Shown: positions 47,201-64,000 of the stretch, piece by piece
Numbering within the stretch: the first letter of the stretch is position 1
Layout of the letters: the number at the start of each line of letters is the position of its first letter
Source: Macrostomum lignano
Taxonomy: Eukaryota
Direction of reading: 5' to 3'
Assembly (NCBI GenBank): GCA_002269645.1
Contig: NIVC01002245.1
Coordinates: 1 to 64,000, forward strand
Length of the DNA: 64,000 nt
Position numbers and translations under genes: made by a program
The notes under the pieces: model-generated
Database searches by the model: none
What the model was told of the DNA's origin: nothing
The model's input: only the letters and a program-made list of their open reading frames with translations

Positions 47201-48855
47201 ACGCCACCGCCTCTCCTGCTGCTGCTTCTGTCCCGCTACTGTTTGGACTTTCGCAACTCCTCTCTGCACTACCTGTGCACCCTGGCAGATGAGCAATTCC
47301 TGGTGCCGGAGTCTCCCCAGGCGGAGGCTTTGGTGACGCCCGTCAGCGAGTTGTCGGCGGTGTACAGCGACTCGGCTGCCGAGCTGCTGCAGGCCTACGT
47401 CTGCGCTAGCGGCGGCACCCTGGCCGGCATGCTGCGCAAGTCGGTGGATGCCAGGGACTGGCTGCAGGTACGGTTACAGTATTTACTTATAGTAGTTACT
47501 GTACTCTATACTGTCATTTACTGTACTCTATACTGTCATTTACTGTACTCTATACTGTCATTAACTGTACTCTATACTGTCATTTACTGTACTCAATACT
47601 GTCATTTACTGTACTCTATACTGTCATTCACTGTACTCTATACTGTCATTTACTGTACTCTATACTGTCATTAACTGTACTCTATACTGTCATTTACTGT
47701 ACTCTATACTGTCATTTACTGTACTCTATACTGTCATTCACTGTACTCTATACTGTCATTTACTGTACTCTATACTGTCATTTACTGTACTCTATACTGT
47801 CATTTACTGTACTCTATACTGTCATTTACTGTACTCTATACTGTCATTTACTGTACTCTATACTGTCATTTACTGTACTCTATACTGTCATTTACTGTAC
47901 TCTATACTGTCATTTACTGTACTCTATACTGTCATTTACTGTACTCTATACTGTCATTTACTGTACTCTATACTGTCATTTACTGTACTCTATACTGTCA
48001 TTTACTGTACTCTATACTGTCATTTACTGTGCTCTATACTGTCATTTACTGTACTCTATACTGTCATTAACTGTACTCTATACTGTCATTTACTGTACTC
48101 TATACTGTCATTTACTGTACTCTATACTGTCATTTACTGTACTCTATACTGTCATTTACTGTACTCTATACTGTCATTTACTGTACTCTATACTGTCATT
48201 TACTGTACTCTATACTGTCATTTACTGTACTCTATACTGTCATTTACTGTACTCTATACTGTCATTTACTGTACTCTATACTGTCATTAACTGTCGAATT
48301 CCGCAGGGCATCGAGCCCCGTTCAGTTCGCGCCGTTGTCAAACGTGTCGTTGAAGATCTCGCCGGCATCGACGCTTCGGTGTCCAGCCTATACGATGAAG
48401 CGCCTAGCGGTGGCGGCGGCCGCGGCGGCGGCGACCGGTCCTCGGACAGCAGCGCCAGCCGGCTCGCCCGCCGGCCGCTGACTGCCGCCAGCCGCAGCCA
48501 ATGGTCGGCAACGCCGTCCACCCTCGGCAACAGCCTGCTGCACCGCCTGTTCAGCGACAAAGTCGACCTTCTCGGTCCGGCCGAATTCGGACGCGCCTCC
48601 GTTGTGTCCGGAGTTGTCCGGTTAGCTTTGAAAACCCTGCTAGAATGCGTCCGGTTGAAGACCTTCGGCCGCTACGGCCTGCAGCAGGTGCAGGTGGACT
48701 GCCACTATCTGCACGCGTTTCTCTGGCGCTACGTGTCCGACGACAGTGTTGTGCACTTTCTGCTCGAGGAGATTCTGGCCAGCGCCGCGCACCGCTGCAT
48801 CGATCCCGTCTCCATGGAGCAGTCTGTTGTTGAGCTCATCGTTGAGCGGGACTGA
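44273..48855 (+). CDS. VPS51: GARP/EARP subunit VPS51; exons 44273..44862, 45256..45609, 46181..46586, 47057..47467, 48307..48855; start exon not resolved
   Basis: [81 protein letters not shown] and DPVSMEQSVVELIVER. Introns are GT-AG and phase-compatible. Confidence 0.95.
46625..46985 (+). repeat. 28/29-bp minisatellite (gccagcctcccagatcctcagttgctgg), copy 1, in a VPS51 intron
   Basis: Same unit recurs at 52605-53315 and 54025-54137. Confidence 0.95.
47500..48290. repeat. 22-bp minisatellite (tactgtactctatactgtcatt) in the last VPS51 intron
   Basis: Tandem units read directly. Confidence 0.97.
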
Positions 48856-49579
48856 GTCTTTTTGTTTGTGGATGTACTTTTATTATGGTTCTTGTACTTT
48901 TAAATAAAAAGCCAGTATACTTTAATGGGGTTGTGTACTTTAATAAGAGTTTATGTACTCTTAATTTGATATGATGTACTATTATTTGATTTCGTGTACT
49001 TTCGAGTAAACTTCAGTCAAAATAAACTCTGTAAACCTTATAAGCCGATGCAATACAGTTTCAGTCTTAGCTTGCGGACCCTAATTAGTATATCAATGTA
49101 CTTTTCTCATAGGATATTGCTTAGTCTTAGAGTTGTTATAAAAGTGTAAAAAATTTCCGTGGCGCTTTTTCAGCTTTGTATGCCATTGTTATTTATTGGT
49201 AAGCATTGTTACAGATAGAGCCAGTTAATTGTCTTCCAGTTTTCAATTTGTTGCATGTAATTGTCGAATTCGTTATAATTCTCTCTGACTTTATTGACAC
49301 TTCAAATTCTGGTGATTTGAATAGATTTTCCGACAATATGCTATACATACTACTGTTCATATTTGCTTTTCCGTTTTTCGTGCACATCACATTGTCCACC
49401 TCTCTGTGTAGTTAAATGAACAATTAATATTAGTATCATAATAAAATTGTTACTAGAAACTATACAGAAATACAATCGTTTCTGATATCCAGGTTTGTTT
49501 GACAGTAGCTTCTCTTAGAATATATAGAGAATGCATTATCTTTAAAAAACCTTAAATAAGTCACTGATTGAGGTTGCTA

Positions 49580-50110
49580 CCCCCTTGGCCTTGTAGTTGG
49601 GGGCGCCGCCACCCCCTCGGCCTTGGAGTTGGGGGCGCCGCCACCCCCTTGGCCTTGTAGTTGGGGGCGCCGCCACCCCCTTGGCCTTGTAGTTGGGGGC
49701 GCCGCCACCCCCTTGGCCTTGTAGTTGGGGGCGCCCTCACCCCCTTGGCCTTGTAGTTGGGGGCGCCGCCACCCCCTCGGCCTTGGAGTTGGGGGCGCCG
49801 CCACCCCCTTGGCCTTGTAGTTGGGGGCGCCGCCACCCCCTTGGCCTTGTAGTTGGGGGCGCCGCCACCCCCTTGGCCTTGTAGTTGGGGGCGCCCTCAC
49901 CCCCTTGGCCTTGGAGTTGGGGCGCCGCCACCCCCTTGGCCTTGTATTTGGGGGCCCTCACCCCCTTGGCCTTGGAGTTGGGGGCGCCACCACCCCTCTG
50001 CCTTGTAGATGGGGGCGCCCTCACCCCCTCTGCCTTGTAGATGGGGGCGCCCTCACCCCCTCGGCCTTGTAGATGGGGGCGCCACCACCCCTTTGGCCTT
50101 GTAGTTGGGG
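49580..50110. repeat. ~33-bp GC-rich minisatellite (ggccttgtagttgggggcgccgccaccccctt) upstream of ORC3
   Basis: Tandem units read directly. Confidence 0.93.
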
Positions 50111-50263
50111 GCGCTACAACTCTACTAGGCGATTTAAAAAGGCCGAACTTGAATTTATTCATAGATTATCGTTCACCCGATTCCTACCGTGGTTTCATGA
50201 AAAGCTCCTGATCAAAACTCCCCCACTATAGTCGCGTGAACATAAACTACTTCAAGTAGCACA

Positions 50264-53200
50264 ATGAAGCCAGCCCCTCGCCGACTGCTCATTCTGGACG
50301 GCCCGCCCGCCCTGCTGGCTCGGCTGCCGAAGTTTGCCAGGGCTTCGGGCGCCGCAGCGGGGACGCCAGCCAAGCAGCCGCCGCCTCCGCAGTCGGCCGG
50401 CAAAAGCCGCCGTCGCGCCCTGTCGCCTCAGCCGCTGGCCATGAAGATTGACAGCGGCGTCGCCGGCGGTGGTGACGCAGCCGCTGAGCAGGCGGCGGCC
50501 GACGCTCGATTCGCCGCCGTCTGGCCCTGGTACGAACAGCAGGCGGCCAGCGTCCTCGCCGAGTCCAACGTCGGCGTTTGCAGCAGTTTGGCCGACTTTC
50601 TGGCCGGACAGCACGCCGAATGGCTGCTCCGGTGGCGTCGACGGTCGGACTCGCCAACCGCCGATGACGACGGCTTCTTCGACTGCCTGGCTGGCCGGCT
50701 GCCGTTCGCCGCGCTGCACTCCGGGGTCAACACGCCCGACAGGGACGCCATGCTGTCCGGCCTGACCGCCAGCCTTGAGGCGAGTGGGAATTTCCGACTG
50801 GCTCAGGTAGGTCACAGGGATTCTTCGGTTACCTTGACAAACTTTGGTAAGGCCTAGGGACTTATCAGTGACCTTAAAAAGACACTGAGATTTTCCGGAC
50901 ACTTCAGAAACCTTGGAATTTCCCGGAAAGTCTTGACTATTTCTGGGGATTTCCCGGACAGTCTTGACTATGCCTGGGGATTTCCCGGACAGCCTTGACT
51001 ATGCCTGGGGCTTTCCGGACAGACTTGACTATGCCTGGGGCTTTCCGGACAGCCTTGACTATGCCTGGGGCTTTCCGGACAGACTTGGCTATGCCTGGGG
51101 CTTTCCGGACAGCCTTGACTATGCCTGTGGCTTTCCGGACAGCCTTGACTATGCCTGTGGCTTTCCGGACAGCCTTGACTATGCCTGGGACTTTCCGGAC
51201 AGCCTTGACTATGCCTGGGACTTTCCGGACAGCCTTGACTATGCCTGGTACTTTCCGGACAGCCTTGACTATGCCTGGAGATTACTTTAAGATCTTTAAA
51301 AAATATCCCATTGAGACCTAACCCTGACGAGAGACCCGAAGATCCAACCAACACCCTTACGCTCTGCAACTGTCTCCCTCAGGTTGACTCCAGCGACCTG
51401 GTATCGTCTACTCAGCTGTTCTCCAAAGCGCTGGCCCAGTGGCTGCCGGAGATCGGGTCCACCCCGGTACAGGCTGGCAAAGTATCTGTCAATATAAAGC
51501 ACACGTTTCTGCTGGCTGCTGAAGTCTATCAGAGCGTCTTCGGGGCTGCCGCGGACAAAAGGCAGAAGCAGCAAAAACAGCAGCCGCCGCAGCTCGTTCT
51601 GCTGATTCGCGACTTTGACGAGACCACCAGCGGCAAGGCGCTAAACAAATTTATTCTTGTGAGTGACATGTTTTCGTCTATTTAGTAAGTAGTATTTATG
51701 CTGGTAAAGTGTCTGATGGCAGTGTCGGATCTGATGGCAGTGTCCGATCCTCAGCCGCCCTCCCCATGTGTCGGTGTGTGTTTGTCGGAGGGGGGGTTAC
51801 TGCTTGCTGCTAATTTTGCAACGTCACCCGATCTCCTCCAGGTGAGCAGCCACTACGCGGCCCAGCTGCCCGTGGCCTGTGTGTGCAGCCTGTCCAAGAC
51901 TCTGGCCAGCCTGCAGTCTCTGCTGTCCAGCCGCGCCTTGGCCCGCCTGTCCGTCCGCTGCTTCCGGTCCGCCCCGGCCGGCATCCTGTTCGACCGGGTG
52001 CTGGACCGCGTCCTCATCAACTGCCGGCAGTGGCATTTCCGCCTCAGCCGGCCGACTTTTGACTGTCTAGTTGAAGCCTTCGACGAGAGAGAGTTCTCCA
52101 TAGCGGCCTTCATGCTGCGGCTGAGGCTCGCGCTGCTCGGCCATATCGGCGCCGAGGACCCGGCCGGCACGGCGCACCTTCGCCAGCTGCGCGCGGTGCC
52201 GCTGGTCATGCAGCTCATTGGCAAACTGCTCAACTGGGACTCGCGTCGGGACATCTATTCTCTGTTGCTTAGCAACCGGCAGCACCTGTGCGACAGCGAG
52301 GAATACCTGAGCCGCCTGGCCGCCCTGCTGGCTGAGAGCACCGAGACTGTGCTGGCCAGGGTGGAGTCCGCCAGGCAGCTGCTCAACCTGCTCAATGAGG
52401 ACTGCGACTCGCTCACCCAGTCGCTGCTTGCCGGCTGGTCCGCCTATCTTGACGAACTAGCCGATGAACTAACCAGACGGCGGGACGAGACCGCAGCTTT
52501 GACCGACCCTGCAGTTGCCAGCCCCGGACAGGGCGGCCCCGGCTCCGAGCATAAGGTGTGCGGCTGGGGTACTCTGTGTTGTCCGGGCCTCCCATTCTCA
52601 AGCTTGGCCGCTACCCTCCCAGATTCTCAGTTGCTGGACCAGCCTCCCAGATTCTCAGTTGCTGTGGCCAGCCTCCCAGATCCTCAGTTGCTGTGGCCAG
52701 CCTCCCAGATCCTCAGTTGCTGGGCCAGCCTCCCAGATCCTCAGTTGCTGTGGCCAGCCTCCCAGATCCTCAGTTGCTGGGCCAGCCTCCCAGATTCTCA
52801 GTTGCTGGGCCAGCCTCCCAGATCCTCAGTTGCTGTGGCCAGCCTCCCAGATCCTCAGCTGCTGGGCCAGGCCAGCCTCCCAGATCCTCAGTTGCTGAGC
52901 CAGCCTCCCAGATCCTCAGTTGCTGGGCCAGCCTCCCAGATCCTCAGTTGCTGGGCCAGCCTCCCAGATCCTCAGTTGCTGGGCCAGCCTCCCAGATCCT
53001 CAGTTGCTGGGCCAGCCTCCCAGATCCTCAGTTGCTGAGCCAGCCTCCCAGATCCTCAGTTGCTGGGCCAGCCTCCCAGATCCTCAGTTGCTGGGCCAGC
53101 CTCCCAGATCCTCAGTTGCTGGGCCAGCCTCCCAGATCCTCAGTTGCTGGGCCAGCCTCCCAGATCCTCAGTTGCTGGGCCAGCCTCCCAGATCCTCAGT

Positions 53201-53926
53201 TGCTGGGCCAGCCTCCCAGATCCTCAGTTGCTGGGCCAGCCTCCCAGATCCTCAGTTGCTAGGCCAGCCTCCCAGATCCTCAGTTGCTAGGCCAGCCTCC
53301 CAGATCCTCAGTTGCTGTGTCTTTCTAGTTTGCAGCAACTCACTGTGCCTATTTATTGCCATGGAAACGTACCTACTTATTGCCATGGAAACGCACCTAT
53401 TTGCCCGCATCAGCTGACCCGGCAGGCGCAGCGCCAGCAGCTGGAGGCTGAGATCAGCCGTCGCGCTGAGCAGACCAAAATCGGCGCCAATCTGCGCACC
53501 CGCCTGGTCGATTGTCTCAATAGGCGCCTACGCGCCGACCTGCAAGCGCCGCTGCCCGGCCTCCACGCCAACTGCCGGCCTGCGCTGACGGCCGCCTTCG
53601 CCGCCGATCCGGCCGGCTGGCTTGAGAAGCAGCTGCTGGGCGGCGATGAGGCGGAGGTCAGCGAGTCAAACGGCATGGCGGACGTGCGCGTGGCCTTCCG
53701 CCTGGTGAAGGAGTGCCGCAGGCTGGTCCGCACCGTGGAGCTCATGCAGTCGTTTGCCGCCTGCCGCGCCGCCGATGGTGACGCTGGCAATGCCGAGAAT
53801 TCGCCGTCGCCGTCGCAGATGCTGCAAGTTCGATTCATGCGGGCCTGCGCTCAGCTGCAGCTCATGGGCTTCGTGAAGATCTCCGCCCAGCGGCCCGACC
53901 GCATCGTTAGGCTCACCGCCGTCTGA
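50264..53926 (+). CDS. ORC3: Origin recognition complex subunit 3; join(50264..50806,51383..51658,51842..52555,53414..53926)
   Basis: LPFAALHSGVNTPDRD, LVLLIRDFD...LNKFIL|VSSH, FRLSRPTFDCL...EFSIAAFM and the C-terminal winged helix RFMRACAQLQLMGFVKIS...IVRLT. Phase-0 GT-AG introns. Confidence 0.88.
50925..51270. repeat. 30-bp minisatellite (ctttccggacagccttgactatgcctgggg) in ORC3 intron 1
   Basis: Tandem units read directly. Confidence 0.95.
52605..53315 (+). repeat. 28/29-bp minisatellite, copy 2, in ORC3 intron 3
   Basis: Identical unit to 46625-46985. Confidence 0.95.
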
Positions 53927-54769
53927 GCTGGCCCGGCGCGTCTGCGCTCTGGGTTGCTAAGAGCTAAATTAACTACCCATTTTCGGGTTCGAGTTCGAGT
54001 CATAGTCGGGATGCCACTTAAATCGCTGATCCTCAGTTACTGGGCCGCCGCCAGCCTCCCAGATCCTCAGTTGCTGGGCCAGCCTCCCAGATCCTCAGTT
54101 GCTGTGGCCAGCCTCCCAGATCCTCAGTTGCTGGGCCACCGCCCATAGCCCGATCCCCTTAGCTCAGCCCATAATCCCTGTATTCCGTGCGGCTACTGTA
54201 TCATATTCATAAGCTTGTTTACCAGTTTTTTATACTGTTTTTTATTACTGTATAAAGCAATGACGCTCTGGTTACCACAATAAGCTGTTCAATTAATAAT
54301 TAGCCGGTAATTCGCGCTCTGCTCTGCGTTATTTATTGGCTTGATTGCCGTTTGCCCCCAGCTCAAATGCACGGCGTGCTAAAATTTTTTTTTCTTAATG
54401 CATTTCAAAAATTATCTGTGCTTCAATTTTTTGCTTTTTGTCTGCGTTTAAATTTACTACTTATACTACTCACTATTCTCGTATAGTAGGCTATAAAGTG
54501 CATTTTGGCCGTTATTATCCTTTATTTAGTTGTATTATTCTTTCACTTTGATCATTTTTGTCTTACTTAATTATTCTTTAATACTGCGCGCTGCTATCGT
54601 TTTATGACCCCACGAACCAGAAGACTGAATTCAATAAATCCAAGACGATTTTCTTCTTTGTTCCCAGCTGCTGATTGGGACTTCTATTTGACTGTTGGAT
54701 TTTTTGTCTTGTATCAATTTGTTGCTTTATGAGACCAAAAAAGGTCGTTTGGGGTAGATTAGGTTGCAA

Positions 54770-55125
54770 GGGATTTGGGGTCAGCTGAGGTCATTTGAGG
54801 ATTGGGGTCAGCTGAGGTCATTTGAGGATTGAAGTCAGCTAAGGTCATTTGAGGATTGGGGCCAGCTGAGGTCATTTGAGGATTAAGGTCAGCTGAGTTG
54901 AGTTCACTACGGGGTCGGGTTCAGCTGAGGTCACTAAGAGGTCAGGTTCAGCTGAGGTCACTAAGAGGTCGGGTTCAGATGAGGTCACTAAGAGGTCGGG
55001 TTCAGCTGAGGTCACTAAGAGGTCGGGTTCAGATGAGGTCACTATTGGGTCAGGTTCAGCTGAGGTCGCTAAGGGGTCGGGGTCAGCTAAGGTCACTAAG
55101 GGGTCGGGGTCAGCTGAGGTCATTT
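54770..55125. repeat. tcagctgaggtca-core minisatellite upstream of RPL35A
   Basis: Tandem units read directly. Confidence 0.9.
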
Positions 55126-55187
55126 CGCATCCGCAAACTCCCCAACCGCCACCCGATGCCAGTCAGCTCACATTAGCAGCCGGAGCC

Positions 55188-55571
55188 ATGTCATCCGAGC
55201 AGTCCTCCTCCAAGCAGCCGCTGAAGCTGCGGTCCCCAGGCCGCATGTACGTCAAAGCGGTGTTCACCGGCTACAAGCGCGGCCTGCGCAACCAGCACGA
55301 GAACACCGCTCTGCTGCGCATCGAAGGCGTGGAGAAGCGCCAGGACGTGGACTTCTACCTGGGCAAGCGCTGCGCCTACGTTTACAAAGGCAAGCGGCAG
55401 ACCCCCGTGCCCGGCAAAGGCAAGGAGAAGTCGCGGGTTCGCGTCATCTGGGGCCGGGTCACCCGGCCGCACGGAAACTCGGGCGCCGTGAGGGCCAAGT
55501 TCACCACGAACCTGCCGCCTGCGGCTATGGGCAAGCGGGTCCGCGTGATGCTGTACCCGTCCCGGATCTGA
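55188..55571 (+). CDS. RPL35A: 60S ribosomal protein L35a (eL33), coding region in a single exon
   Basis: [56 protein letters not shown] and RVMLYPSRI. Confidence 0.98.
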   Translation: MSSEQSSSKQPLKLRSPGRMYVKAVFTGYKRGLRNQHENTALLRIEGVEKRQDVDFYLGKRCAYVYKGKRQTPVPGKGKEKSRVRVIWGRVTRPHGNSGAVRAKFTTNLPPAAMGKRVRVMLYPSRI

Positions 55572-55737
55572 CTGCGCCCGACTGACCGCCCCTCACTGGC
55601 CTTGGACTGAATTTCAAATACACTAAGCGAAATGGCTGGTTTGGGCTTTGGAGTAAAAAAATTCATGAAATACTTTTTTGGTAGAAGCCTTAACTGCTTT
55701 CAATTCTTTTCTCTGGTTGCTGGCTGGCGTCAAATAG

Positions 55738-56635
55738 CTCACGAGTGTCACAAGCAGTGTCTCACGAGTGTCAGAAGCAGTGTGTCTCATGAGTGTCACA
55801 GGCAGTGTTTCACGAGTGTCACAACCAGTGTGTCTCACGAGTGTCACAAGCAGTGTGTCTTACGAGTGTCACAAACAGTGTGTCTCACGAGTGTCACAAG
55901 CAGTGTGTCTCACGAGTGTCACAAGCAGTGTGTCTCACGAGTGTCACAAGTAGTCTGTCTCACGAGTGTCACAAGCAGTCTGTCTCACGAGTGTCACAAG
56001 TAGTCTGTCTCACGAGTGTCACAAGCAGTGTGTCTCATGATTGTCTCAAGCAGTGTGTCTCACGAGTGTCACAAGCAGTGTGTCTCATGATTGTCTCAAG
56101 CAGTGTGTCTCACGAGTGTCACAAGCAGTATGTCTCATGATTGTCTCAAGCAGTGTGTCTCACGAGTGTCACAAGCAGTGTGTCTCATGATTGTCTCAAG
56201 CAGTGTGTCTCACGAGTGTCACAAGCAGTGTGTCTCATGATTGTCTCAAGCAGTGTGTCTCACGAGTGTCACAAGCAGTGTGTCTCATGATTGTCTCAAG
56301 CAGTGTGTCTCACGAGTGTCACAAGCAGTGTGTCTCATGATTGTCTCAAGCAGTGTGTCTCACGAGTGTCACAAGCAGTGTGTCTCATGATTGTCTCAAG
56401 CAGTGTGTCTCACGAGTGTCACAAGCAGTGTGTCTCACGATTGTCTCAAGCAGTGTGTCTCACGAGTGTCACAAGTAGTCTGTCTCACGAGTGTCACAAG
56501 CAGTGTGTCTCACGAGTGTCACAAGCAGTGTGTCTCACGAGTGTCTCAAGCAGTGTGTCTCACGAGTGTCTCAAGAAGTGTGTCTCATGATTGTCTCAAG
56601 CAGTGTGTCTCATGATTGTCTCAAGCAGTGTGTCT
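55738..56635. repeat. 25-bp minisatellite (gtgtctcacgagtgtcacaagcagt)
   Basis: Tandem units read directly. Confidence 0.96.
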
Positions 56636-56984
56636 CCTCGAAAATAGAAAATATCTCCTCGAAAGTGAGAGATCGACGCTGCTCTGCGTCATGTGCCCCG
56701 GACAGCGCACCGGTTGGCGGGCGCGTCTCTCCGGCCACCCTTGTCGATGCGGCATTGTCGCTTGAACCGTCGACAACCGGGGCAGGAGTCGAATCGCGGA
56801 CAGCCATTTGATGTCGCTCATTCATGTTTGCCGCGGAGGGTGCTGGAAGCCGCGGTAGTGGCCGGAAAAAATCTTCAATTCTTGTCTGACGACTCCTCGA
56901 CGACTTCAGAGTTTTGCTAGTCGAAGAGCCGGCAGCATTAGAACGGGATTTTTTCGTATTCCTCTGTGTCCTTCTCGGCGCCAT
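56610..56984 (-). CDS. Orphan ORF with basic N-terminus and a canonical PIP box (QTRIEDFF)
   Basis: aacATGG start context, exon-like GC content, non-repetitive sequence. The last few codons run into the 25-bp satellite. Confidence 0.5.
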   Translation of the reverse strand: MAPRRTQRNTKKSRSNAAGSSTSKTLKSSRSRQTRIEDFFRPLPRLPAPSAANMNERHQMAVRDSTPAPVVDGSSDNAASTRVAGETRPPTGALSGAHDAEQRRSLTFEEIFSIFEETHCLRQS

Positions 56985-57309
56985 GTTAACTAATGTTGGT
57001 ATATTTAGTTGTGATTAAGTTGATTTCAGTGGATCTCTGACTGGCTCTTGCATCGCTTAAAATGCTTGACTGTTCTGTTCTGCTTGCTGCCATAGACTAC
57101 AAGCCTGGGTGGGTGTTGTGGCTGTTACGAGTACACGCGGCCACCCCCAGTCTCTGCGCGGGCTACTTTATTCCAATTGCACATTGAGCTGATGTATGCG
57201 TACAATTGAATGTTGTTCTCTCGTATCGAACCCTTGGGTTGGCTCTTAAATATACATACCGCAATCAATGCCCAAGTCGGGGCCGAAGTCTTACCAAATT
57301 ATCTCGGTT

Positions 57310-57645
57310 TTGCGTCGGACTCACGACTTGAAGGTCGGGGGTTCGATTCCCGACCCCACTGGAAAGATTTGTGTCCTTGAGCAAGACACTTAACTCTGCA
57401 TTGCTTCAGTTCACCCAAGCTGTAAAATGGGCAGGTGTGCAACCGACAGCTCAGCCGCAGCTATTGCGCGGCGCATCTGAAGGCTGCGTACGGCTGTTCA
57501 GTCCAAGGACACATCCTCAATTTCCCCAGCTAATGCTGGCACCCATTTTACAGCTGGGTGAACTGAAGCAATGCAGAGTTAAGTGTCTTGCTCATGGACA
57601 CAATCTGTTCCGAGTTGGTCGAGAATCGAACCCCCGACCTTTCAA
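57310..57645. mobile_element. Two inverted copies of a tRNA-derived SINE with a CORE-like domain (about 57310-57432 plus, 57542-57645 minus)
   Basis: B box GGTTCGATTC followed by gtgtccttgagcaagacacttaactct...cagttcaccca-gctgtaaaatggg, which resembles the MIR/CORE consensus as recalled. Confidence 0.75.
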
Positions 57646-57923
57646 TTTTAATTTTACGTCGTGATAAAAAGCAAAGGGTGCAAGGCTTTATCCCAAAAAG
57701 ATCTGAACAACCCAAATGATGATGATGAGAAATTTCCCGAACCAACCAGCCAGTGGTTGAGAGTTTGAGGGAGGGGTGGGGGTCGGGCTTCTCGGGTCCA
57801 ATCAAGCTGCCTGGGGGGGGGGGCTTTTAACTCCGAACTGATGGTTTATTAATGGTTGAAGGCGGAATGCCACAGCATTCCAGTCAAACTGGTTATGGTT
57901 CAACTTTGTATTTGCGCTTCCGG

Positions 57924-64000
<6,077 letters not shown>

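Overview
Eukaryotic (metazoan) genomic DNA with two compartments. (1) About 1-9580 is a very AT-rich, intron-free, gene-dense segment. It looks like the right-hand part of an endogenous Polinton/Maverick- or adintovirus-like dsDNA virus and is truncated by the window start. It carries a protein-primed family B DNA polymerase (7601->3689, minus) with all catalytic motifs recoverable, a discoidin plus L-type-lectin fibre-like gene, two adenovirus pX/pVI-like core or membrane-lytic ORFs, small orphan ORFs, scattered GC-rich mini-hairpin insertions and nested inverted repeats at its end. Its genes are broken almost only by single-base deletions. The neighbouring host gene has the same kind of lesion, so the element may be intact and the breaks may be consensus errors. 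(2) About 10000-64000 is host DNA with GC-rich exons, where most larger introns and intergenic gaps are filled by a local mini- or microsatellite. Genes reconstructed by hand with splice sites: PSME3IP1, LZTR1 (mariner in an intron), MFSD14 (TGA at a conserved Trp), two tandem divergent SSB-fold genes, SLC25A32, a 3-domain gelsolin with two GC-AG introns, VPS51, ORC3, RPL35A, an orphan PIP-box ORF, and a spliced single-pass receptor with a possible SEFIR/TIR-like tail that the ORF track misses. The style suggests a lophotrochozoan, possibly the flatworm Macrostomum (inference only). No rRNA, functional tRNA or CRISPR array was found. All homology calls come from motif recognition, not database searches.
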